Shown here in pieces: positions 48,261-60,600 of a stretch of DNA of 64,000 nucleotides. Made by a program: the position numbers and the translations under genes. The notes under the pieces were generated by a model, which saw only the letters and a list, made by a program, of their open reading frames with translations, was not told where the DNA came from and ran no database searches. Numbering within the stretch: the stretch's first letter is position 1; each line of letters begins with the position of its first letter. The stretch comes from Octopus bimaculoides (lineage: Eukaryota). The stretch covers positions 76,138,620 through 76,202,619 of the forward strand of contig NC_068984.1 in NCBI RefSeq assembly GCF_001194135.2, read 5' to 3'.

Positions 48261-48519
48261 ATGGAGCTTATCCTCTTAAAAAAGAACAGACAATATTAAC
48301 TCAGTGGTCCTCAATCTTTTTGGCTTATCCTGGAGATTAAATTCTATATTTATTTGCCACACATCATATGGAAAGCTTAACAAAGTTATATTTTAAAGTT
48401 AAAAATTTACAAAAAATATTGAAAACTAATACTTTGTTCAGAAACCCCCTCCTCCCACTTAGTTGAAGGAGCTTTTTCTCTTTTGTCCTGTTTCTTGTTC
48501 TTTCCTGTCTTACAAGTTA

Positions 48520-48715
48520 CTTGGCAACCTCATTAGTGCTGTGGAATGAAAAAAGCACCCAGCCCACGCTGTAAAGTGGTTGGCATTAAAAAGGACATCC
48601 AAGCATAGAAACTATGCCAAAGCTAACATAGTGCATAGTGCAGCCTTGCAGCTCACTGGATCCTGTTAAACTGTCCAACCCATGCCAGCATGTAAAACAG
48701 ACATTAAATGATGAT
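48520..48715 (+). mobile_element. RTE LINE 3'-UTR fragment
   Basis: AAAGCACCCAG..GTGGTTGGCATTA..GTCCAACCCATGCCAGCATG..CATTAAATGATGATG. Confidence 0.7.
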
Positions 48716-50444
48716 GGACTTGCTTACATTAAAATAATGAATAATGTGATGAACAAGATACTTAAGCATTAGTATACATTTTTCTACAGCCTGAATTTAT
48801 ATTCTTGAAAAAAAAAAAAAAAACAACCCTATGTCAGTAACTAGATGATATCTCTTGCAGTACAACACACCAGTGTACTGCAGTGCTCTGTTTGAGAACC
48901 ACTACATTAGCAAGGGAAATTTTATATACACTGTGCAGCAGAGCTGGAAGAAAAACTCCTTGAATTTTATAACCGAGACATCACTGATTGCATGTCTGTT
49001 CAATCACTGACTCGTCCAGGTGTAACCTCCTCCAACACCACCATCACCTTCACCCCCACAACAACAGTAACATTCTTCTCTAAATAGTGTCCAGTTTACT
49101 CACTCATACATGTCATATATGTAAAGAATGTGAGCTTTAAGGATAAATGACTTTATAAAAAAAAAAATGGGTGAAAGTAAAAGAAAAAATAGTTAAACAA
49201 TAAATAGGACAGAAAACAAAATCTTGTGCAGTTTGGAAGGTTTAGTTAATTTTTGGTGATGGTCTGACTATTTGTCTCCATTTGTTTTGCATGTGAATAA
49301 TAAATCTGTTTCAGTTTTTCTTTTTCTTTTTTTCTTGCCTTCTTATATCTGTCATTTTCTACTGTTAGATGTGTCTGCCTTGAACCTTCCTTTAACAAAT
49401 CATATGAATTTTATCTTCACACTTCTGTACACACACACACACACACTCTCTCTCTCACTACTTTTCGTATACTCTTTTCTGTGTGTGTATACACTTTCAT
49501 GCATCTATATACACACACACACACACAGAATTGTATGTAAATACCTAATTGTGTCATCTATTTTTTAAAGTCTCTAATTAGTAGTAGCATTAATTTTTCT
49601 TTTTTAATTCATTGTTCTTAATCATTATCCGTAAATTTCTAATGATCATGTAAGGTGATGGAGATGGCCATATGAGTTGACGGTCAGGTGTAGATACTAT
49701 CTAGTTTAGTGCCTTCTTGTTCAGGGTTCAAATTCTGTGAGGGCTGAACTTGTTTTTAGTCTTCTGATGTAGACCCAGTAAATTGTCTACCACACTCACA
49801 TTTAAAGAATTGGTCAATAGTTGTTCATCATCATTTCACATCCATATTCCATGTTGGATGGTTTGATAGAATCTACTGAGTCCAAAGACAGCATCATGCT
49901 CCATTATTTGCTTTGACATGGTTTCTATGGCTGGATGCCTTTCCTAATGCTACTAATGTCATTTTTAGTGTTAGTTTTTTTTTTTTTTTTTTCTTCCCCA
50001 TTGCCCTTTTGTTCCCAGTTAGTATATAATATCCACTCATTAAATAGGCTAACTTAGTCATTGTTTTCTAGGCAGATTACAAAGTTTCTAAATTCTTTAT
50101 TCCCCCCAAACCAAACAAATTCAGTCATGAAATATCTAAAGTAATAAAAAAATTTTAAAATACAATGAAATAAACATACCAACGAGAGAGAAAGATTGAA
50201 GGAAAAAAAAAAACCAAGCATCTGTTAATTTGATCAACTTTTTCTTTGTTCCTTCTGACTTGTAATAGACAATTTTGACAAAAGAACTGAATTGAAAGAA
50301 TGTATTGCAGCAAGGATCAGTTTGTGGTAGTTCTTGTTTGGTTGGTGATTGATTTTAGGTAACAAGTTTTCGCCTGCTTTTAATTTTTGTGTCAGCAATG
50401 TAATTTTGTTTATCCATATAACAATTTAAATGGCAAGCTAATCT

Positions 50445-50483
<39 letters not shown>

Positions 50484-50819
50484 CTCTCTGCTTCCTATAT
50501 ATATAGACAGATGTATATACATTGAAACATTGAACTATGTATTTTGTATTTACACACTCAAATGTATACACACACTGACTTGTAACCTTGAGATACCTAC
50601 TGATGATATGGAAGGATTTCCAATGTTGCAATAACTTCAGTTACCACCTGAAGAAGAGTTTGCAATACTTCTGAGTAGCATAGCCCCTACTGTTTCTGCA
50701 CAGGGCAAAACCTCTCTGATGTTTATTTCACCTACACACAGTGCATGGTTCATGTTGCAAAGTGGTTGCTGGTCTGAAAGGCAACTAAAAGGGCATCTGG
50801 CCGTAACACACTGCTTCTA

Positions 50820-51953
50820 AAATTTCAGGCCCTGTGCCTATAGTAGAAAGGATTATCATCATCATTATTATTATAAGTTGATGAGTTGGCAGAACCGTAA
50901 GCACACCAGGCAAAATGCTTAGCAACATTTCGTCCATCTTTATGTCCTGAGTTCAAATTCTGCCAAGGTCGATAAATTAAACACCAATGAAACATTGGGG
51001 TCGATGTAATCAACTAGTCTCCTCTCCCCAAAATTTCAGGCCTGTGCTTTTAGTAGAAAGATTATTATTATTGTTATTATTATTATTATTATTATTATTA
51101 AGGCAGTGAGCTGGCAGAATCGTTAGCATGCTGGGCAAAATGCTTAGTGGCATTTTGACCATCTTGACATTCTGAGTTTAAATTTCACTGAGATTGACTT
51201 TGCTTTTCATTCTTTCGGGGTCAGTAAATTATATACCAGTGAAACACTGGGGTTGATGTAATCAACTAGTCCCCTCCCCCACAAATTTCAGGCCTTGTGC
51301 TTTAGCAGAAAAGATTATTATTATAAAAGCAATGGATTGGCAGAATCAGTAGAGTGTTTGGAAAAAAACCTTATGCAGTAATTGTTCTGGATACTTTCAT
51401 TCAGAGTTCAGATCTTATCATAGTCAACTTTGTTTTTCGTCCTTACTTACAGCATTAAGTACTAGTTCAATACTGGGGTCATTGGTATCAACTTAAGCCC
51501 TTCCCTAAGTTTCAGGTCCTATGTCTATGATAGAAACAATTAGTAAAGATGGGAGATTGGTAGAATTGTTAGAGCATTAGAAGAAATGCTTTGTGGTATT
51601 TCTAAAGGCTCTTTACATTCTGAAATATAATCTCAGTGAGGTCAATTTGGTTTTCATCCTTCAAATATATATGAAATAAAGTAGCACTCAAGTGCTAGGG
51701 TTGATAGCATCAGCTAATCCTCTCCGCTCAAAACTACTGGCCTTGTGCCCAAATTAGAAATTGTTGTTGTTGTTACCACCACTATGACTACAGTCATTGG
51801 TAGATTAGCAGAATTGGTAAAACATCAAAGTGCATACCTCTACATTCTGTGTGTTCAAATCTTGCCAGTTTCAACTTTACTTTTCATTCCTCTAGGGGTC
51901 AATAAAATATGTATTAGTCAAATACCAAGGGTGATATAATCAAGTACTCTCTC

Positions 51954-52048
<95 letters not shown>

Positions 52049-52180
52049 AAGTAAATGTATAAACAAAATTATCATTCTAATATAAGAGCAGTGGATTGGC
52101 AGAATGGTTAGAGTAACCAACAAAATGTCTTGCAGTATATATTTCTTAAGATCAAATCCTACTGAGATCTTACAATTCTG
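50820..52180 (+). mobile_element. Head-to-tail array of family A-type SINEs (one tail plus six heads)
   Basis: Heads (G/T)TGGCAGAA-like at ~50875, 51100, 51330, 51550, 51800 and 52090, separated by (ATT)n/(GTT)n tails; (CT)n tract at ~51948-52034. Confidence 0.85.
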
Positions 52181-53091
52181 CCCCCATTTTAAGGATATTT
52201 TATAGGAATATTAAATAGGCTGCCACTACTTGACTGGTACTTTATCACATGACCAGACCACCCTGGAAGGATGACAAAGTTGCCCCACCCACATAGTGTG
52301 TGGCCTTGTGCCAATGATGGGAAATCATTCATGTTCTTCTTCTTCTTACCATTACTAATACTACCATCATCACCATCATCATTCAGCATTCATAATCATT
52401 CTTTCATTCATTGGAACTAAAAGTGTCTTTCTCTTCCATTCAGTAGGAAGCATGTTTTATTTATTGCCTATTTATTTATTTATTCATTGTCAGCTGTTCT
52501 CAAAGAGCCTTTCAATTAGTCAGTCTGCAAGTCAGACAACCAGCCAACCCATCACTGCTTCCTGATCTGGGCAGTCTATTGTAAAACAGATGGATATGTT
52601 GTGTGCTGGTGCTTCATATANNNNNNNNNNNNNNNNNNNNNNNNNNNNNNNNNNNNNNNNNNNNNNNNNNNNNNNNNNNNNNNNNNNNNNNNNNNNNNNN
52701 NNNNNNNNNNNNNNNNNNNNNNNNNNNNNNNNNNNNNNNNNNNNNNNNNNNNNNNNNNNNNNNNNNNNNNNNNNNNNNNNNNNNNNNNNNNNNNNNNNNN
52801 NNNNNNNNNNNNNNNNNNNNNNNNNNNNNNNNNNNNNNNNNNNNNNNNNNNNNNNNNNNNNNNNNNNNNNNNNNNNNNNNNNNNNNNNNNNNNNNNNNNN
52901 NNNNNNNNNNNNNNNNNNNNNNNNNNNNNNNNNNNNNNNNNNNNNNNNNNNNNNNNNNNNNNNNNNNNNNNNNNNNNNNNNNNNNNNNNNNNNNNNNNNN
53001 NNNNNNNNNNNNNNNNNNNNNNNNNNNNNNNNNNNNNNNNNNNNNNNNNNNNNNNNNNNNNNNNNNNNNNNNNNNNNNNNNNNNNNNNNNN

Positions 53092-53360
53092 TATATATAT
53101 ATGTATGTGTATATATATATATGTATATGTATATATGTATGTATATATATATGTATGTATATATGTATATATATATATGTGTATATATATATATGTATGT
53201 GTATATATATATAAATGTTTGTGTATATATATATAAATGTTTGTGTACATGTATATATATATTATGTGTATATGTATATATATGTATGTGTATATATATA
53301 TGTATATGTATGTGTATATATGTGTGTATATATATATGTGTGTGTGTGTGTGTGTATATA
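53092..53360. repeat. Complex TA/TG low-complexity tract at a gap edge
   Basis: Read directly; source of several spurious IY-rich ORFs. Confidence 0.95.
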
Positions 53361-53739
53361 TATTGTTTATTTTTCATTAGTCACTGGACAAAATTTTTTT
53401 TCTGCATGTTTTTTTTGTTTGTTTTTTGTGTAGTATAATTCCCTATGGTATACTTTTTGATAAAAATGCTTTGATACAGATATTTTCTTTGCATATCACA
53501 TACTCACAGTTTACTCATATGTTTATATTTATGTTTATCTGTAAGTATGACAGAGCCCCAGCAAGGGCTTGGTCATGCTGGGGCTCTTGTTTTCAAAACA
53601 ATCTAAATAAATGTTTAAATGGATAAAACAAACTAAACAAATATATAAATAAATGTAGCCATATTTAGGCATACACAAACATACACAGATATAAGATGAT
53701 GTCTTATATTCTTTTGTGTTTCAATCACTGGACTGCAGC

Positions 53740-53898
53740 CACTAGTGAAGCTAGAGTGTGTGCCTCCTGGGGCAGCCCTTTAGCTTTCCACCCCCAGGCT
53801 CCCCAAAAAGATATATATTGCCTAAAGCAGACTCAAAAGTGGTGCCACCCCCATAAAAGTGCTGTCCAGGGTGCGCACCCCCTCTAGCTACATGAGTG
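53740..53898. mobile_element. hAT-type MITE (159 bp) inserted into a SINE family B tail
   Basis: TIRs CACTAGTGAAGCTAGAG vs CACTCATGTAGCTAGAG (14/17); 8-bp TSD ACTGCAGC at 53732-53739 and 53899-53906. Confidence 0.85.
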
Positions 53899-54061
53899 AC
53901 TGCAGCCATATTGGGGCACCAACTGGAAGGGTTTTAGTCATTCATATCAAGCTCAGTACTTATTTTTTAAAGTCTGGTATATTTTACCATTTTGTATTTA
54001 TTGAATCTCTGAGTCACAGGATATACAAACAGAGCACCAGTTTTCAAGCAGTTTCAGTATG

Positions 54062-54095
<34 letters not shown>

Positions 54096-55707
54096 ATTTC
54101 AGAACCGCATGGTTTTAGCTTCTGTCATAATGCATGCCACCATGTGCAAATGCCTTCTATTATACAGTTTTTCAACCAATGCATTGTGAAAGGAATTTCT
54201 AGATGGGAATAGTATAGAAGCTTGTCATATCTATGAGTGTTACAGTGCATTGTCACATTGTTATTGTGAGAAAAAATGGTGACAGTTTTTTTTCTCTCTT
54301 GTAAACAAAATTGCTCTGTAGTTTAATCATGAAAACCAGAAGAGTAAAATATACCTTACTTGAAAGAAGTAAGGGTTGGTGACAGAAAGAGCATTAAGCT
54401 ATAGAAAACTGCCTTAATAGCTCTCCTCCAATTCATGCTAGCATGATAGAAATAAAATGGATGTAAAAGCAATGACGATCACCCCCCCCCCNNNNNNNNN
54501 NTCTCTCTCTCACACACACACATGCACATATATGATTGGCAACTGCATTGTTTTGGTCTGTCAATTTTACAAGTTATTGGTAGCCCTGAAGTTATTGTAG
54601 AAGACATTTGCCCAAGATGCCACATTATGAGACCAGACCTAAAACTACACAGTTGCATAGCAAGCTTGGTAACTGCATGATCATAGCTGTGCATTGTTTT
54701 AAAAATGCGTCCAAATTAATTTATGGAATTATGTTTCTTTCATTGCAAAATCTTTTTAATTTATGACTAAATTTAGTCTATTAAATTTCTGTGTGTTACA
54801 TAAATATCTAAGTTAATGCAAATAGCTTGATTAGTCAATGAACTTTGATTAAATTTTTAACTGCTGAAGTTCAAGGTAGCACCATGCCTGCTTTGGAATT
54901 GAGTTTGTTGGTGTGGTATGACTGTTAATTTGATTTTTGTCTAAACTGAGACAATGATAAAGGGAGGAGGAGGAGGCATAATCTTAGTCCCAGTGTTATT
55001 TGTTATTTAGCCCCAAAGTCAATGCTGGTGAGAAAAACCCATGATTAACCTTTTTGCGACTATATTTCTAATGAAATACAATGCGTATATGTTTCATTTA
55101 ATTTTGAAAACGATTCAGAATTTGGAAGGATTTAATAGAATAATTCAATTTTCCATTATTAAGCTGGCATCTGGGACATGAATTAACAAAAGGTTCTTTC
55201 TTATAAGAAAGTACAGCAGAAGGTTTCAATTTAAGTATGAATACTTCAAAAAACAAGAGATTTTTATATCATCAAAACAGAGGCACTCTCAGACTGGTTG
55301 ATATCAAAACGAATAAAGGCTTTCCAGCTGTAGCCATTCTGTCTTTATTTTTTGCTTTGGTCATCTAATATTATACTTAATTGTCCTTTCAGTTTTTTTA
55401 CGGTGGTAGGATGTGAGTTAAGGGTGGTTTGATTGTTATTTCTAGCAGGTCAGACAACCATATAGGAGCTTGCATAGTAATCGCGCTATTTTATTTATGT
55501 CCTTCTCCCAAATCTGTTAAAGTGCAATAGAAGAAAGAAACAATAAAGAAAAGAAGCTGAGTAAATTAAATGTGATGGTGATTTTGTCAGTTAAATCAAG
55601 CATAATATGGAAGGAACTACTGCAAAAATAGGCCTCTGTTCCTGAACCAGAAAGTTACATAGACCTACCAAAAGTATACAATTGTTTTGTACTGTCTTGT
55701 GTTTCAG

Positions 55708-55912
55708 AGAGATTCCATATGTCGCTTGTCAAAACAGTTTAAATAAATATAAGAAAGACAAAGATTTTCAGCAAGGTTCGCTGTTCTTATTTTATTCTTC
55801 ACTTTACAGTCGCATTTTGTGAACAGTAGTGTTACTAGTTATAGGTTTCCAGTGGACCATTCACTGGTTCTCTGCATCTTTACTGTATAGCTTAAGCGAC
55901 ATGTTACACAAG
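55708..55912 (+). other. Candidate exon with alternative acceptors (55708 or 55810); may end in a start codon (ATG at 55901, MLHK|)
   Basis: Acceptors TACTGTCTTGTGTTTCAG| and TTATTCTTCACTTTACAG|; donor AAG|GTATTT at 55913; 55708-55775 also reads open as EIPYVACQNSLNKYKKDKDFQQ before a weak GTTCGC donor. Confidence 0.35.
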
Positions 55913-56789
55913 GTATTTTTGTCTGAAAGCACCATATTAGTTTTCTTGATACTATTTAAATTTTTTCACTGATATACATTAAAGATATACATACACTTAC
56001 ATATATTCATGAACTTCCACACAATTTGTATGTACCAAATTCCACTTGTCCTAAGTACTGTGTGCTGAGATTGAACCTGGTGCTATGCGTTGCAAAGTGA
56101 ACTTTTCAGCCATATAACCATGCTTTTTGATATCAAAATTACTATTGTGAAAGTGAGCTCAATTTCAATTCCTAGTTGAGACAGTTTTATTTTCTTCACT
56201 ATTGGAAATTTATGAATGCCACTTATTCACTCATCTATGTCCTATATATTTCTAAAATCTAAACATTTATGATCACTCTTTTTTTTAAAAACACTGTATA
56301 TTAAAATTACATCATTCAATGTATTATTCCTTTATTAAATCAGCAAGGTATGATTTCATTTAGATTTAGTTGCTATGTCTAGCAGGTTTAATGCCTATGT
56401 AGAGGCACCCTCATTGGTTTGATGTCAACATTAACTTTCAAGTTCAAAAGAATCTTGAAATGTTATTGTTTGTAACTAGGTAGAACCTAGTTTTACCTTA
56501 TTCAGATGTCAAAATACATTTTCTGCCTTGTTGAAGCTCTCTTCTAGCTTTCACAATTTGGCAGATGTACAGTTGAAAGACATCTTCTTTTGGTGTATGC
56601 TGTGTGCTTAGCTTAAAGTGAAAGGAGAATAGTGGTTTTTTTTGTGGTCAATTGATGTGGTATCTCAACGTTTCACTCGATGATGTGAAAAATATAGAGC
56701 TTTATTTAGATGTGGAATTTGTTGACTTATCATCATTATCATCATCATCATCACCACCACCACCACTATCACTAGCATTGTCATTTTGT

Positions 56790-56799
56790 GAATTTATTC

Positions 56800-56843
<44 letters not shown>
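56790..56843. repeat. (ATC)n microsatellite
   Basis: Read directly; source of the poly-M and poly-I ORFs. Confidence 0.95.
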
Positions 56844-56845
<2 letters not shown>

Positions 56846-58049
56846 AAGTGTATACTGGTAATATGCAAATTTCTGTAAATTATATAGCTTCACTTACAAT
56901 TGTATTTTTATAACCATTTTTTGTCACTTATTGTGCCAGTCAGATTTAAGCAATTGAATTCATATCGGTAACTATCCTCACATGCCTTCTTCTGGAGAGA
57001 AAAGAAAAGAGGAAGAAGAAAAGTTTCAGGTGAACATTGAAGTTGATGTTGTTTAGCCCCTGGTCAGCTCTGATCCTGCAGATGACTTCCACATGGTTTC
57101 TGTTCACCTCATTTTACCAACAAGGCCTGTGCTAATTGAAAGCTCTGTTAGAAGACACTTGTTCAAGACACAAGTAAATGGCATCAATCCTTGGGTTTCA
57201 TGGTTTTTCAAAGCAAACTTCTTCACCACTTGGCTATATTTTTCAAAGTGATTGACAATTTGTTGTTAATGTTGAAATTAATTTCTTGGTGTTCTTTACT
57301 TATGAGTTGATGCAGAAACGGGGAATGCATATGGAGTATGTATGGTGGTGGTGGTTGGTTAGTACAGGTCAAGCAGTCTATTTATCCCTTTTCAAGCCTG
57401 TAAGGTATGATTTGGGGTGAAATTTACTTGTTATTTCTTGTGAGTTGAGTGACTGGTTATACATTTTATTATTGTCTCATTATCATTTAGCTTCCAGTTT
57501 GCAGGAACAAACAAATTTCTGGTCAAAGGTGTTCCAGTCATGACCATCCCATCTTTTTATATATCAAAGATTATACTGTTTAGAGTTTTCTGGTCTCAGA
57601 TGATTTAAGGGAGATTTGGCTATTTCTTTCTTTTGGTCAAGTAAATACTTTAAGGCTCTGTGTATATCAAACTGACTTATATAAGGCATTATAAAAATTG
57701 TATAAATTTTCTACTATAACACATGTTTATCTTTTTGCTTAATCTTTCTTCTCAACCTTCGCTTTGTTATTTTTTTTTATATACTACACTATTTACAGCC
57801 ATTACTGTGACTATTAGTAATCATAATTGTTTGTGCTTCATCTTGTCTTTGTTGTCCTTCATCCATTTTTCTCTTCTGGCAAATAAAGAAATTATTAACC
57901 ATTACTAAACAATACAAAACTATCTCTACAAATGACTCTGACTTTGTGTCTTTGTTAGAAGCAATTATTTATGTTCCTACTCAGAATGTCTTATAGTAAT
58001 GATTCTGGTTTCAAATCCTGCTACGGTTAACTTTCGCCTATGTTTTGCC

Positions 58050-58334
58050 TTATACTTGTTTTGGTCATTGTACTGTGGCCATGCTGTGGTACAGCCTTGA
58101 AAAGTTTAATAAAAAAAAAAGACTCAACCCCAGTACCTATTTTTTTAAACTCTGGTACTTATTCTATCAGTTCCTTTTCCCAAACATCTTGGTTACAGGG
58201 ACATAAACAAACTAACACCAATTGTCAAGTGCTGGTGGTGGTGGTGATGGGACAAACACAAAGAAACACACAGACACACAAACTTACATACGTACAAAAT
58301 ATACATACTTACAAACATACTTATGTATATACAT

Positions 58335-58375
<41 letters not shown>

Positions 58376-58536
58376 GGGCTTCCATGCAATTTCCGTCTAC
58401 CAAATTCACTCACAAGCTATTGGTCAGCTCAAGATAATAGTAGAAGACACATGCCTAAGATGCTGCATAGTGGAACTGAACCTGCAACCATGGAGTTCTA
58501 ATGCGACCTTCTTAATCATCCAGCCATGATTTTGCG
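58050..58536 (-). mobile_element. Near full-length SINE family B with an internal (CA)n
   Basis: Tail, internal microsatellite, core TTTCCGTCTACCAAATTCACTCACAAG and tRNA-like head, all colinear with 15422-15755. Confidence 0.85.
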
Positions 58537-58780
58537 TATTAGCTTGTGACTTTTTACTTAGGAAATTATGATTGCTACTGTTATGAATACAACTGCTACT
58601 ACTGTTAGCACCATTACCACCTTTATTGCTACTTCTACTGTCACAAATACTGCCACTCTCATTACTGCTTGCATCATTGCCCACTGCTGCTACTAGCACC
58701 CATTACTTTCAATACTTCTCCCATCACCACCACTACTGCAGTACTGAGTAAAGGTTCAGCAGTCAGAAAGATACATTGTA

Positions 58781-58819
<39 letters not shown>

Positions 58820-58929
58820 NNNNNNNNNNNNNNNNNNNNNNNNNNNNNNNNNNNNNNNNNNNNNNNNNNNNNNNNNNNNNNNNNNNNNNNNNNNNNNNNN
58901 NNNNNNTATACATATATATATATATATAT

Positions 58930-59264
58930 GGCACTTGTGCCGCGGCTTCGCGTTCGTGGCACGTGAAAAGTCATTCGAGCGAGATCGTTGCCAGTGCCGC
59001 TGGACTGGCTCCTGTGCAGGTGGCACGTAAAATACACCATTTTGAGCTTGGCCGTTGCCAGTACCGCCTGGCTGGCCTTCGTGCCGGTGGCACGTAAAAG
59101 CACCCACTACACTCTCGGAGTGGTTGGCGTTAGGAAGGACATCCAGCTGTAGAAACTCTGCCAAATCCGATTGGAGCCTGGTGTAGCCATCTGGTTCACC
59201 AGTCCTCAGTCAAATCGTCCAACCCATGCTAGCATGGAAAATCGATGTTAAACGATGATGATGA
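58930..59264 (+). mobile_element. Young RTE 3'UTR with internal GTGGCACGT repeats and a (GAT)n tail
   Basis: CpG-rich; three GTGGCACGT(A/G)AAA units; ends GTTAAACGATGATGATGAT; flanked by TA/TG microsatellites. Confidence 0.9.
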
Positions 59265-59923
59265 TATGTGTGTGTATGTGTATGTGTGTGTATATATATA
59301 TATTTATATATACACACATACACACACACACAGAGTCAACACAAAAAATAACAAACAACAAGAGGACATGGAATGTATTAGTTTGACACTTGGTAAAAAA
59401 GAGAGCTTTTGACGTTTTGAACATAGCACTTTGTCAGAAAGGAAAACGGAAAAGTTCAGAGAAGGAAAAATATCACCAACAGCATGTGTGTGGTTACATT
59501 GGAAATGCAATTATAATTTTTACTGAAGAAAGTCAAAACAGCTGGCTTTTCAATTAAAACCTTGACCAATTCAAACACAAAAATTCTTTTTCATTTCTCT
59601 TCATTTTCCTCCCCCACCTTAAAAGGCCACTAAGTACTAAACAAACAAGTCTGACCATACAAGAGCCATGCTTCTTTACCTCCCCCTCCTTCTCAAAAAA
59701 GATTTTTTTTTCTTCTTTCTCCTTTGCTTGGCAAACTCCAGAAAATTCTTTATAAAAAGGCTAAGTAATCTAAATTTGAACCATTTTTTGATAAATCCTA
59801 TAACTGAAGAAAGTGCTAAAAATGTAAATAAATAAGAAATATATAACCATCCAACATTCTGACTACCTTATTTTTCTAAATATACAATATCTATACATCA
59901 CTTCAAAGACTCTCTCTCTCTCT

Positions 59924-59952
59924 ATACATACATACATACATACATGCATACA

Positions 59953-59981
<29 letters not shown>
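59924..59981. repeat. (TACA)n microsatellite
   Basis: Read directly. Confidence 0.95.
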
Positions 59982-59983
<2 letters not shown>

Positions 59984-59984
<1 letters not shown>

Positions 59985-59995
59985 GATCGGAAGAG
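59984..59995 (+). other. Illumina adapter remnant (assembly artefact)
   Basis: AGATCGGAAGAG directly before an N-gap is the universal start of the TruSeq adapter read-through. Confidence 0.85.
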
Positions 59996-60299
59996 NNNNN
60001 NNNNNNNNNNNNNNNNNNNNNNNNNNNNNNNNNNNNNNNNNNNNNNNNNNNNNNNNNNNNNNNNNNNNNNNNNNNNNNNNNNNNNNNNNNNNNNNNNNNN
60101 NNTATATATATATATATATATGAATTATTTCAGGTTCAGTAGACTCACCTGAAGTTAACATAGGGAAATAAATCTTCAATTTTTAATAATACAAAAATGA
60201 TTGCAAAAAATATATCACGGGGCACCTACTGCACAGAAAGTTAATAGTGAAGTCGGCCCAGCATGCTTCTTTATGTAGTTAATCAAGAAACCTCATTAT

Positions 60300-60600
60300 G
60301 ATCATGATGATGATCATCATCGTTTAATATCCATTTTCCATACTGGCATGGATATTAGCTGGTTTGACATGAGCTGACCAGCCAGAAAGCTGTCCAGGTT
60401 CCAGTTGTCTGTTTTGGCATGGTTTCTATGGCTGGATGTCCTTCCTAACATCAGCTACTTTATAGAGTGTGCTGAGAGCTTTGTACGTGTCACCAACGTG
60501 AGTGCGTTTTTGTAGCATTGGCATGAGTGCACTATGCATGACACTGGCATGATTGCACTATGCATGACACTGGCATGAGTGCATTTTACGTGGCACTTAC
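60300..60600 (-). mobile_element. RTE 3'UTR fragment containing three 26-bp tandem units
   Basis: Family tail at 60300-60480; GGCATGA(G/T)TGCACTATGCATGACACT units at 60520-60545, 60546-60571 and (diverged) 60572-60597. Confidence 0.75.

Noticed and set aside
50820-52180. CRISPR-like or satellite interpretation of the regularly spaced repeats (also 60520-60597)
   Set aside because: Units are ~220-bp SINEs or spacer-less tandem repeats in a eukaryotic context; no cas genes
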